From positions 1,365-65,364 of IMG/VR virus record IMGVR_UViG_3300001335_000085: a stretch of DNA of 64,000 nucleotides, one strand, 5' to 3'. How positions within the stretch are numbered: position 1 is the first letter of the stretch; the number at the start of each line of letters is the position of its first letter. The DNA comes from a virus. The notes beneath the pieces are model-generated. The model had not been told where the DNA came from, made no database searches, and worked only from the letters and a program-made list of their open reading frames with translations. A program made the translations under genes and the position numbers. Positions 9,151 to 17,358 of the stretch are shown here, one piece after another.

Positions 9151-10654
9151 TACAACAAAGTACGGTTACTACATAGCTGTTAATAAGAAAAATGATATTC
9201 CATGGATACAAGTACTAGAGAAAGCTATATATATTTCTAAAACAAAAAGCTGGTATATTCCAAAAACACAAGCAAATAAAAAGATTTTGAAACGTAAAGG
9301 AATCATTAGTACACAAAGTAAAATTGTAAAAAAACCATTACCTTATACAAAAAGTCTGCTATTACCAGAATGCTTATATGACGTACAGATTGATGCTTTA
9401 GAGTTTGCTTATGCACGAAAAGGTAATTGTATTCTGGCGTTAGATATGGGGTTAGGAAAGACTGCTACGAGTTTATGTTATACATTATTAGAATCCATTA
9501 AGTCCACAGTGATTATTTGCCCTGCGTCCTTAAAGACACAATGGGCTTCACAGATTGAGGCATGGCTTGAGACTACTAATATTCATATCATATATGGGCA
9601 AAAAGATTATGAGATTCCTAGGGCTAGTTTTGTTATTATTAATTATGAAATATTACAATACCACAGTGACAGGCTGAAACAGCTTGCTCCTGAGTTTATT
9701 ATTATAGATGAAGTACAGAATTTTCAAAACCATAAAGCTTTACGTACAAAGGCTTTATATTCAGTAGCTAAATATTGTGACAGGGTTATGGCGTTAAGTG
9801 GTACACCCATTACAAAATCACCAGTACAATTTTTCCCTATACTTCATATATTAGAACCGCACACATTTCCTACATTTTTTAATTATGCAAAAAAGTATTG
9901 CAATGCAAAAAAAGGCAGATATGGTTGGGTATATAATGGGGTGTCTAATCTAAAAGAGTTCAAAGGAATTTTAGATAATCTTATGATACGTAAAATGAAA
10001 AAGGATAGTTTAGATATTCCTGATAAATTAATGATACCTATGCTTTTTGATATGGACGAACACTCTAAGGAATATCATGATGCTGAGGACACATTTCTAG
10101 AACAGACTGATAAAAATGCCTTGAAAAAAAGCTTAGTACACTTACAATATTTAGCTTATTTAGGGAAAAGAAAGGCTGTATTAGATTGGATTAGTGATAC
10201 GATAAAAAATGAAAAATTGATTATATTCTGTGAACATAGAAAAATTGTAGATGATATTTATGAATATTTTAAGAAAGATGCTGTAAGATATTATGGTGGG
10301 ATGTCTGATAAACAAAAGAAAGTAGCTAAAAACAAGTTTTTGGATAAAACTCCATTATTTGTAGGCAACACTACTGCGGCAGGGACAGGTTTAGATGGCT
10401 TACAACATGTATGTCATACCGTTGCTTTTGTGGAATTACCATGGACATCTGCAAAACTAGACCAAGCTACTGATAGATTATGGAGAAGTGGGCAGAAAAG
10501 TCCAGTAAATGTGTATTTATTATTAGCAAATGATTCAATAGAACAACGAATGGTGCGTATATTAGACAAAAGTAGAAAGGTTGTGGAACAAGTAGTAGAT
10601 GGAAAATCAGTAGAAGAGATAGATTTCCTAAAAGAATTAGTAGAAAGTGCTTGA
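9140..10654 (+). CDS. SNF2/SWI2-like SF2 helicase
   Basis: DMGLGKT, IIDEVQ, ALSGTP, AAGTGLD, QATDRLWRSGQ. Confidence 0.9.
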   Translation: MKVNTTKYGYYIAVNKKNDIPWIQVLEKAIYISKTKSWYIPKTQANKKILKRKGIISTQSKIVKKPLPYTKSLLLPECLYDVQIDALEFAYARKGNCILALDMGLGKTATSLCYTLLESIKSTVIICPASLKTQWASQIEAWLETTNIHIIYGQKDYEIPRASFVIINYEILQYHSDRLKQLAPEFIIIDEVQNFQNHKALRTKALYSVAKYCDRVMALSGTPITKSPVQFFPILHILEPHTFPTFFNYAKKYCNAKKGRYGWVYNGVSNLKEFKGILDNLMIRKMKKDSLDIPDKLMIPMLFDMDEHSKEYHDAEDTFLEQTDKNALKKSLVHLQYLAYLGKRKAVLDWISDTIKNEKLIIFCEHRKIVDDIYEYFKKDAVRYYGGMSDKQKKVAKNKFLDKTPLFVGNTTAAGTGLDGLQHVCHTVAFVELPWTSAKLDQATDRLWRSGQKSPVNVYLLLANDSIEQRMVRILDKSRKVVEQVVDGKSVEEIDFLKELVESA

Positions 10655-10679
10655 CATAGTACTGTATATAGAGTATCCT
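10651..10679 (+). promoter_or_regulatory. sigma70-type promoter
   Basis: TTGACA-17-TATCCT. Confidence 0.7.
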
Positions 10680-10704
10680 ATGTACATAGAACAAAGGAGA
10701 CATT

Positions 10705-10998
10705 ATGAAAAACATGATTGCTAAGTACATTACAAGGACTGTGGACGGGTCACCAAGACGTGTAGGATTGATTGTAGCACGTGAAGATTATGGAGTAATT
10801 CAGATTGGCTATTCTCTTTGTAACAAGAAGGATGTATTTGATAAAAACAAAGCATGGGAAATCGCAAAAACACGATTGATACTGCCTTCTGTTCATATTC
10901 CTAAATCTATTATGGAAGATATCAAGGCAATGGAGCGCAGAGCTTCAAGGTATTTCAAAGATACGAATTATATTAGGGCATATATCAATAGGATTTAA
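10705..10998 (+). CDS. hypothetical phage protein
   Basis: AAGGAG RBS; GYSLC..KD.FDK..A..IA..R motif. Confidence 0.7.
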   Translation: MKNMIAKYITRTVDGSPRRVGLIVAREDYGVIQIGYSLCNKKDVFDKNKAWEIAKTRLILPSVHIPKSIMEDIKAMERRASRYFKDTNYIRAYINRI

Positions 10999-11042
10999 CT
11001 TGACAAGTTTTAGTATTTATCTATAATATAAGAATGAGGTAC

Positions 11043-11261
11043 ATGATGCACTTTTAAATTACATGGAATAAGTTATATCTACTAGGTTATGATGACAATG
11101 GATATCCGGTTTTTGATAAAAATGAGAAACGTTCAGTGATTTTGTACGAAGATGAGCTTATGGAGATTTTACAGTATTTAACAACAGACTTAGAATATGA
11201 GCTTAGTATTATACCCACTACTAAGGAATCTAGATTACTACCGGAGTATCATCTTTTTTAA
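11043..11261 (+). pseudogene. small ORF with TAA at codon 5
   Basis: GAGGT RBS, ATG ATG CAC TTT TAA, then 67 sense codons in the same frame. Confidence 0.4.
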
Positions 11262-11269
11262 GAGGTTAT

Positions 11270-12136
11270 ATGTTTGATGCAATACAGTTTTGCAAAGACC
11301 ATGGAGTTGAATATAGGACATCGGGAAAGAATGTAAGTGATGGATGGGTGGGTATAAATGACATATACCAACCTGATTCTTCATTTCATATGGGGATAAA
11401 TATAGAAGGCGGTTATGTATATTCTTGGAAGTCTGGTGGTCATCGTTTAGAAGAAGTAATAAAAGACTTACTTACTGTATCATATCCAGAAGCAAGGAAA
11501 CTGATTCAAGATTATTCTTCACATACTATTTCTCTAGATTATATGCCAAAGACACCATTTGAAATAGCTACAGGAAAGCCGACAAAAGCCATGAGAACGT
11601 TTTTATGTAGTAGAAGGTACAACGCCACTAACTTGATTGAAAAGTACGATTTACGGGGCAATGAGAACCGTTTGGTGATACCCGTGTATTTTAACAATAG
11701 AATAGTGAGTTACCAAGAACGTGATATAACGAAAAAGTTTTATAAAAGTTGTCCTAAGAATATGTCAATTATGAATTATAAAGATATATTGTATCCTATG
11801 GATTATGCTAAAAAATCTTATGTTGTTGTTGTAGAAGGCATATTTGATGCCTATAGACTGGGTGACAATGCTGTTTGTACATTTGGTACAAGTTGGACAC
11901 GTAAACAATTACAAATATTAGCTGTTACGTATGAGACTATTATTGTGATGTTTGATAATGAGGCAGAAGCTCAGAGAAAAGGAGCATCATTAGTTGCTGA
12001 ATTAAGTATGATGGGATGTGATGCTATATTGGAATCATCATTTTTACAGGCTATGCAAGTGAATGACCCTGATGAGTTAACCAATAAACAAGCACGTATT
12101 TTTATGGAACTACTTGACAACGAGTATGACATATAG
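11270..12136 (+). CDS. dnaG: DnaG-type (Toprim) primase
   Basis: LVIPV...RIVSYQ.R, VVVVEGIFDA, A.CTFGT, MFDNE, DPDE. Confidence 0.85.
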   Translation: MFDAIQFCKDHGVEYRTSGKNVSDGWVGINDIYQPDSSFHMGINIEGGYVYSWKSGGHRLEEVIKDLLTVSYPEARKLIQDYSSHTISLDYMPKTPFEIATGKPTKAMRTFLCSRRYNATNLIEKYDLRGNENRLVIPVYFNNRIVSYQERDITKKFYKSCPKNMSIMNYKDILYPMDYAKKSYVVVVEGIFDAYRLGDNAVCTFGTSWTRKQLQILAVTYETIIVMFDNEAEAQRKGASLVAELSMMGCDAILESSFLQAMQVNDPDELTNKQARIFMELLDNEYDI

Positions 12137-12142
12137 TATAGT
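12114..12142 (+). promoter_or_regulatory. sigma70-type promoter
   Basis: TTGACA-17-TATAGT. Confidence 0.7.
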
Positions 12143-12498
12143 AAAATAACAAAGGGGCTTGTATGTTTAATTTTTATTTTGACAAAGACAAAGAATATCT
12201 TTTCGATTTTTCATCACTAGTAGGAACTGCATGAGAAGCGAAAAGTAGGGAACTTCAGTTAATATTGTTTGATATGGGTATTTACTGGTTTGCTGGACAG
12301 GATTATTGTATACACACAAATGCACCGTATCTGATGGTGTCTGCTTGTCTAGAGGGAAAAGACTTTGATATCACGTATGTTGCTACTATTGAGGCTGACT
12401 ATTATATTAATAGTAAACAAACCGTACTAATAACTACAGATGAATGGTAAAAACTTATAGGGAGGTGTTATTATGACGTAACTATTCAGGAGGTCATA

Positions 12499-12738
12499 AT
12501 GAGCAAAAGTTACAGAAAGCCTTATGTATCTGATTATTCAAGATATTATACATATTGGGCTAAACGACAAGCAAGTAAGCAAGTGCGAAGATATAAGAAA
12601 GTAATACAAGATGGTGCGTCTTATAAAAAAGTGCATCCTACTTGGAACATTCATGATTACAAAGGTTCTTGCTATGCTAGTTCTATGGATTTAACAGAAG
12701 AAAACATAGAGCTTGAAAAACAAGTGAGAAGAAAATGA
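12499..12738 (+). CDS. basic hypothetical phage protein
   Basis: AGGAGG RBS; SKSYRKP..KRQASK.VRR..G..YKK..W.I.DY. Confidence 0.7.
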   Translation: MSKSYRKPYVSDYSRYYTYWAKRQASKQVRRYKKVIQDGASYKKVHPTWNIHDYKGSCYASSMDLTEENIELEKQVRRK

Positions 12739-12744
12739 GACGTT

Positions 12745-12814
12745 GCGGATAAGTGTAACGGTTGCATTTCGGTCTCATAAGCCGAAGGTAGGGGGTTCGA
12801 CTCCCCTGTCCGCT
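12745..12814 (+). tRNA. tRNA-Met(CAT) (could be Ile2)
   Basis: Acceptor GCGGATA/TGTCCGC, anticodon arm TTCGGT-CTCATAA-GCCGAA region, T arm GGGG-TTCGACT-CCCC. Confidence 0.85.
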
Positions 12815-12890
12815 AGATGCTGGATAGCTACCAGATGAACTACAGGGATTTCGAGGGAACTGTAGAGAGATTGTATAAACGCTCGACCAA

Positions 12891-12968
12891 GGGGCATAAC
12901 AGGTTTCGATTACTAATAAGTCCTGCAAAGGAATTAGTAAGAGCAGGGTTCGATTCCCTGATGCTCCA
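12891..12968 (+). ncRNA. tmRNA tRNA-like-domain-only RNA (no mRNA-like domain)
   Basis: GGGGCAT/ATGCTCC-A acceptor with G3.U70, stemless D loop AACAGGTTTCGA, TTACTAAT/ATTAGTAA helix capped by TCCT-GCAA-AGGA, T arm CAGGG-TTCGATT-CCCTG. Confidence 0.75.
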
Positions 12969-12975
12969 AAAAGAC

Positions 12976-13004
12976 TTGACATTAGTTTTAGAATAGTGTA
13001 GTAT
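12976..13004 (+). promoter_or_regulatory. sigma70-type promoter
   Basis: TTGACA-17-TAGTAT. Confidence 0.7.
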
Positions 13005-13022
13005 GTATACAAGGAGAAACAG

Positions 13023-13325
13023 ATGAATTGTAAGCAGGAATTTGAAAATGAAGTTAATGGAAAACAAGTTTTGTGTGCAAAAATACTTCATGATGACTGG
13101 GATGATGGTGCTTGTGAATATTTTTTGCCTAGAAACTATTCACCTGCTATGTATAATACTTTTATCGAGAGTCTAGATTTTTCTTATTATGCGGGATATG
13201 GTGTGCAGGAAATCTATGGATATATTTGGTATGTAGACGGTACATGGAGTGAACGTTCTGAATATGATGGAAGTGAGAATTGGGATTTCAGAGAATGTCC
13301 AGCAATACCAGAGGAATTACGATAG
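13023..13325 (+). CDS. hypothetical phage protein
   Basis: AAGGAG RBS; G.IWY.DGTWSER.EYDGSE.W motif. Confidence 0.75.
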   Translation: MNCKQEFENEVNGKQVLCAKILHDDWDDGACEYFLPRNYSPAMYNTFIESLDFSYYAGYGVQEIYGYIWYVDGTWSERSEYDGSENWDFRECPAIPEELR

Positions 13326-13551
13326 TTAAGGAAGGAAATAGGATGACAAAGCATGAAATCTGTAGAGAGATTGTATAAACGCTCGACCTCATGGGCTTGC
13401 TCTCATGTGACTACATTTGCTATGGCAATCATGTCGAGTCTAGCAAAGGGTCGTTTATCGAGCGAATGGTAGCGTTGGCTTGCGGTATCGCCGAGGTTGC
13501 GCTGTTCACTACAGAAGAAAAATATAGCCCAGTAAGGGCATAGGAGAAATT

Positions 13552-14022
13552 ATGGATTTTGATAAGTACGTTGACGAAGCAACGGAGTATTCACTCAGAG
13601 CGCTTAAGACCTCGATGAACGGAGACGGTTCATACAACATCGGCACATTGGCGCTGTGCATCATCCAATCAGACATGTGTAACCTGTCCAAGATCGTGTG
13701 TGCCAACACGTGTGCTCACATGCTGTTAGACCAGGCGTTCATCGACCTCACGTCAGGAGATGACGTGTTCAATATATCCATGGCTACACACATGGTAGAA
13801 CCTGCGCCCTTCTTGCCAAGCAATGACTCTGATGACATTCTGACTGTCATTGGCATCGATCGCGCAGACTTTGAAGCATTCACCAAGGTGGTAGGCGAGA
13901 GCAAGCAAACCGATAAGTCACAGAACGATATTGAGTTCTTCGCCTTTCTTGACAGTTTGTCATATCCTGTCAAGTACACCGTATGCCTAGTCATCCTGTC
14001 CATCCTGCGAGGTAACGCATGA
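13552..14022 (+). CDS. hypothetical protein in GC-richer segment
   Basis: AGGAG RBS, overlaps next gene. Confidence 0.65.
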   Translation: MDFDKYVDEATEYSLRALKTSMNGDGSYNIGTLALCIIQSDMCNLSKIVCANTCAHMLLDQAFIDLTSGDDVFNISMATHMVEPAPFLPSNDSDDILTVIGIDRADFEAFTKVVGESKQTDKSQNDIEFFAFLDSLSYPVKYTVCLVILSILRGNA

Positions 14023-14606
14023 ACGAATCAAAACAATGGGAAGTAGCCATGCAGGAAGTAGCACTCGGTATCGGTACGAAGACAGACCTCGGCAAGCCAG
14101 AGTTGCATCTGACTCCGGCAATCGTGTGGGGCAGGATGTATGGTAACACAGAACCACTCAAGGCTGTGAGTCTTGAAGCGATAGTGCTTAGGTACCTCGA
14201 ACTTGTCGACCTTGGTACGCTCACCGAGATTGACGATGTCATTCGCTACAAGCGCATGCTGATGATGCTTGATGCCGAGGTCGTAAGGAACATGCAGAAC
14301 CCACTCATAGCGCTCTCTATCGCTCACGAGAAAGAGCTTGCAGTGTTGATGTACGGTAAGTACAAATACTCGCGTGAGAATTGGAAGAAGATCAACCCTC
14401 CTGTCAGATACCTCGATGCATGCGGTAGACATCTTCTGTTCCACATGGTTCGTGACGGTGTGAACGCTATCGACAAAGAGAGCGGTCTCCCTGCTTTGTA
14501 CCACGCCATGTGCAACCTGTCATTCTTCGGTGAACTACTCACAGAGCGATCGATGCTTGATGGCTATGACATATGGGTCAAACGAGAGGAGAGTCATCAT
14601 GAATAA
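14019..14606 (+). CDS. dATP/dGTP diphosphohydrolase-like protein (DUF5664)
   Basis: G.K.D.GKP..HL, L.YG..KY...NW.K, Y.DA..RHL, D.ESGLP.L.HA.CNL.F. Confidence 0.8.
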   Translation: MNESKQWEVAMQEVALGIGTKTDLGKPELHLTPAIVWGRMYGNTEPLKAVSLEAIVLRYLELVDLGTLTEIDDVIRYKRMLMMLDAEVVRNMQNPLIALSIAHEKELAVLMYGKYKYSRENWKKINPPVRYLDACGRHLLFHMVRDGVNAIDKESGLPALYHAMCNLSFFGELLTERSMLDGYDIWVKREESHHE

Positions 14607-14771
14607 GTATTGCACAAGAGACTGCAAGCACAAGCCGTATTGCAAGCTTGATGAAGAAGCAACCAAAGTTTGTAAGGTAGAAAGCCCTGTAGATGGTTTG
14701 ATCATGGGTAGAACCTTTGATGAAATCAAGCGAATGCAACAAGGCACTAGAACAAATAAGGGAAGAAAGAA

Positions 14772-15401
14772 ATGAAGAAAGCTAAGAGAATCGAGATTAC
14801 CGGTTGTTTGGCCAGCTCGTTTTGGTACAATAAACTAGTTGGATGTACGTTTGATGTTGTTCGTGAAAAAGATACAATATATGTCGTTGTTGTTGGGGGT
14901 ATAAATAATTACTCTATCCGGAAAAGTGACTGCAAAGTCATCGAATGGGAAGAACTCTCATACAAAGAACGCCAAGAAGCATGGATTAAAGAACATAATC
15001 TGAAAACTGGTGATAAGGTTCGTGTCAATCCAGTAGATGAGGCGTATTCAGATGAGTGGAGAGAAAAGTGGCTTGGTAAGGTTAAGATTGGTGGGGTCTA
15101 TAAGATACTTGGTATTCATAAACTTGACGGTATTGCATTAATGGGAACCCTTGGATATGCCACATACCCATTCTTCATATTCGAGCCAGTCAAAGATGAG
15201 TACCGACCTTTCCGCAATGCTGAGGAATTTACACCCTATCGTGATAAGTGGTTCTGTAGAAAAGGTAGCAATACATGTGCGAGAGCTATATTGTACAATG
15301 ATATTGGCATCAGAACCACAGGGGATGATGTTATATCATATGGTGACTTATTCGATATAACAGTCATGGATGATGGCACGCCAGCAGGGATTAAGGTGTA
15401 A
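14772..15401 (+). CDS. hypothetical multi-module phage protein
   Basis: 209-aa ORF, overlaps upstream small ORF. Confidence 0.7.
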   Translation: MKKAKRIEITGCLASSFWYNKLVGCTFDVVREKDTIYVVVVGGINNYSIRKSDCKVIEWEELSYKERQEAWIKEHNLKTGDKVRVNPVDEAYSDEWREKWLGKVKIGGVYKILGIHKLDGIALMGTLGYATYPFFIFEPVKDEYRPFRNAEEFTPYRDKWFCRKGSNTCARAILYNDIGIRTTGDDVISYGDLFDITVMDDGTPAGIKV

Positions 15402-15462
15402 TAGATATGAAAGACAAACTGATTGTATTGCAGATGGATATAATAAAAAATAAGGAGCATAT

Positions 15463-15726
15463 ATGGAAAGTAATTTGGTAAATGTAGCAAGTAAAAGTAA
15501 AGAGACAAGTGTTAGTGAAGAATTTGCAGGAAGAGCAGAAGCTACTACAAAAAGGATTATAGAAATAAATAATGATGTAGCTAGACTTATGGAAAAGTAT
15601 GTTGGTGGAGATATTACATCTATCAACACTATAGAAGCTAATAATGTATGTGACCACATTATTAAACATGATAACTTGATTAATGAGTTCATTAATCATG
15701 TAGCGTTATTTATTACATATCTTTAA
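15463..15726 (+). CDS. hypothetical protein
   Basis: AAGGAG RBS. Confidence 0.65.
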   Translation: MESNLVNVASKSKETSVSEEFAGRAEATTKRIIEINNDVARLMEKYVGGDITSINTIEANNVCDHIIKHDNLINEFINHVALFITYL

Positions 15727-15746
15727 GTAGTAGAAAGGAGAATAAT

Positions 15747-15914
15747 ATGACTTTATGGAATTTGGTAACTATCACGCTGGTGATACAGGTAGTTTGTGGT
15801 ATTATTGGGGCTATCATGGCTAGTAATGGGAAGAAAAAGCTTAGCGGTTTTGTACTTGGCTTTTCTTTCGGTTTTGCTGGCTTAGCACTTATTGACTTTT
15901 TTATGAATAAATAA
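15747..15914 (+). CDS. small two-TM membrane protein (55 aa)
   Basis: AAGGAG RBS; two hydrophobic stretches with KKK between. Confidence 0.65.
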   Translation: MTLWNLVTITLVIQVVCGIIGAIMASNGKKKLSGFVLGFSFGFAGLALIDFFMNK

Positions 15915-15924
15915 GTTATTGCTA

Positions 15925-15953
15925 TTGACATACATGTGGGTATATGGTATAGT
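15925..15953 (+). promoter_or_regulatory. sigma70-type promoter driving the ncRNA/tRNA cluster
   Basis: TTGACA-17-TATAGT followed by about 600 nt of non-coding structured sequence. Confidence 0.75.
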
Positions 15954-16225
15954 ATATATAGAAGAAACGGTAGAAGTCCGTTATAAAGACTCTGAGCTAA
16001 TTACTCAGATGCGAAAGGGCGGTTGAACGCATTCTTCAAGATTGATGCTCTCTTCTATCCAGTAGGCACGCTGTAGAAAGTGTCGAACAGAATTAAGTTG
16101 CTGAATACAGAAACGGTACATGATACACGTCTGTTAGCGTAGGCAATTTAAAACTCCATCTTTGGCTGTGGGATGGTATTAAGATGTATGAAGGACTGTC
16201 ATGACGAATTCATACACACAGTCAT

Positions 16226-16381
16226 TGGAACGTGGTGGAATTGGTAGACACAAGGTAGAATAGTGGATAGGGTGAACAGTGGTGAACTGGGGCTATCCTA
16301 AAGTGACAGGGCACACAACCGGTTTATGTGACTCTATGTCAGCCTAAACATCCATTGTGGGTTCGACTCCCACCGTTCCAA
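16226..16381 (+). ncRNA. tRNA-shaped RNA 1 with about 100-nt insert replacing the anticodon arm
   Basis: Acceptor TGGAACG/CGTTCCA, D arm GTG-GAATTGGTAGA-CAC, T arm GTGGG-TTCGACT-CCCAC. Confidence 0.75.
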
Positions 16382-16382
16382 T

Positions 16383-16555
16383 AGCACAGTGGTGGAATAG
16401 GTAGACACTACGTGGGTAGATGTTGAAGTGAGGGGACACTGCACCGTACCGAGGCGACAGAAACAACACAAACAGAACCGATGTGATGTTGTGAAACAGC
16501 CCAAGAAAGTATCGGATACCAACATTATGCAGGGTGCAAATCCTTGCCTGTGCTT
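16383..16555 (+). ncRNA. tRNA-shaped RNA 2 with about 120-nt insert replacing the anticodon arm
   Basis: Acceptor AGCACAG/CTGTGCT, D arm GTG-GAATAGGTAGA-CAC, T arm GCAGGG-TGCAAAT-CCTTGC. Confidence 0.7.
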
Positions 16556-16573
16556 TAATGTAAGAAGGAAGTC

Positions 16574-16825
16574 ATGGAAGAGTTTGATGGTTTTTATTTT
16601 TTAGTTTTTCCCAAGGGTGATACATTAAAAATAACAGTTATTGATTTAATGTTTTGTGTAGATTATGAAAGATATTATTGGTGGAATGTGAATAATAATA
16701 CATATTATAATAAGCATGAAGCAATTGCAGATGCAAGAGATATTGCAAAAAGACATAAACTTGAATATGTGCCTTTTAGAAGCAGATATGATTCTGGCGA
16801 AAACGAAGTAGTGTATTTATATTGA
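16574..16825 (+). CDS. hypothetical protein within the tRNA cluster
   Basis: AAGGAAG RBS, 83 aa. Confidence 0.7.
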   Translation: MEEFDGFYFLVFPKGDTLKITVIDLMFCVDYERYYWWNVNNNTYYNKHEAIADARDIAKRHKLEYVPFRSRYDSGENEVVYLY

Positions 16826-16835
16826 TTACAAGAGC

Positions 16836-16864
16836 TTGACAAGGTTGCTAACTTACTGTATAAT
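16836..16864 (+). promoter_or_regulatory. sigma70-type promoter
   Basis: TTGACA-17-TATAAT upstream of tRNA-Ser. Confidence 0.8.
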
Positions 16865-16913
16865 AAAGTTAGGTACTTCGGTTACGGTGGTTCAAATCCA
16901 TCTTATCCCATAT

Positions 16914-16997
16914 AGAAGGATGTCCGAGTGGTTTAAGGAGACAGATTGCTAATCTGTTGGTGCTTGCATCACGTGGGTTCGAATCCCACTCCTTCTG
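16914..16997 (+). tRNA. tRNA-Ser(GCT)
   Basis: AGAAGGA/TCCTTCT, ACAGA-TTGCTAA-TCTGT, long variable arm, G73. Confidence 0.92.
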
Positions 16998-17205
16998 AAT
17001 GGTGTGTCATCGAGCCAATGAAGTCGGTGAGTGGCTGTCCATCATGGCAGATAGGTTTTAGGGCTATACCTTCCTCTAAAGGTAACCGAGGCTGATGCTA
17101 TAACGCCTTAGCAAAACTATTAGAAGTTGTGATACACAGCAGGGTTGGCCTCCTGCTCACAGCGAACAGAACCGAGTTATTGACAGCTGGGAAAGACCAG
17201 CATTC

Positions 17206-17278
17206 GCCTGAGTAGCTCAATTGGTAGAGCAACTGCCCTGTAAGCAGTAGGTTTCGGGTTCAAGTCCTGAGTCAGGCT
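17206..17278 (+). tRNA. tRNA-Thr(TGT), atypical (C33, 7:66 mismatch)
   Basis: ACTGC-CCTGTAA-GCAGT; T arm TCGGG-TTCAAGT-CCTGA. Confidence 0.85.
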
Positions 17279-17358
17279 TGAGGATGACGCACACCTCTCT
17301 AAAAACGGCTATCGAATGTCTGGTCAGTACAGTGCAATGGTAAAAAACTGACCATCTT

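Noticed and set aside
10705-10998. Acb4/Gp49-family sponge
   Set aside because: Only a loose S.C...D.F motif; not enough to name
12815-13022. Full-length or permuted tmRNA
   Set aside because: Both terminal halves are joined in normal order by only about 30 nt; no tag ORF or second piece seen
17085-17120. Hammerhead ribozyme (CTGATG...AAAC)
   Set aside because: Required A9 and G12 core positions are absent
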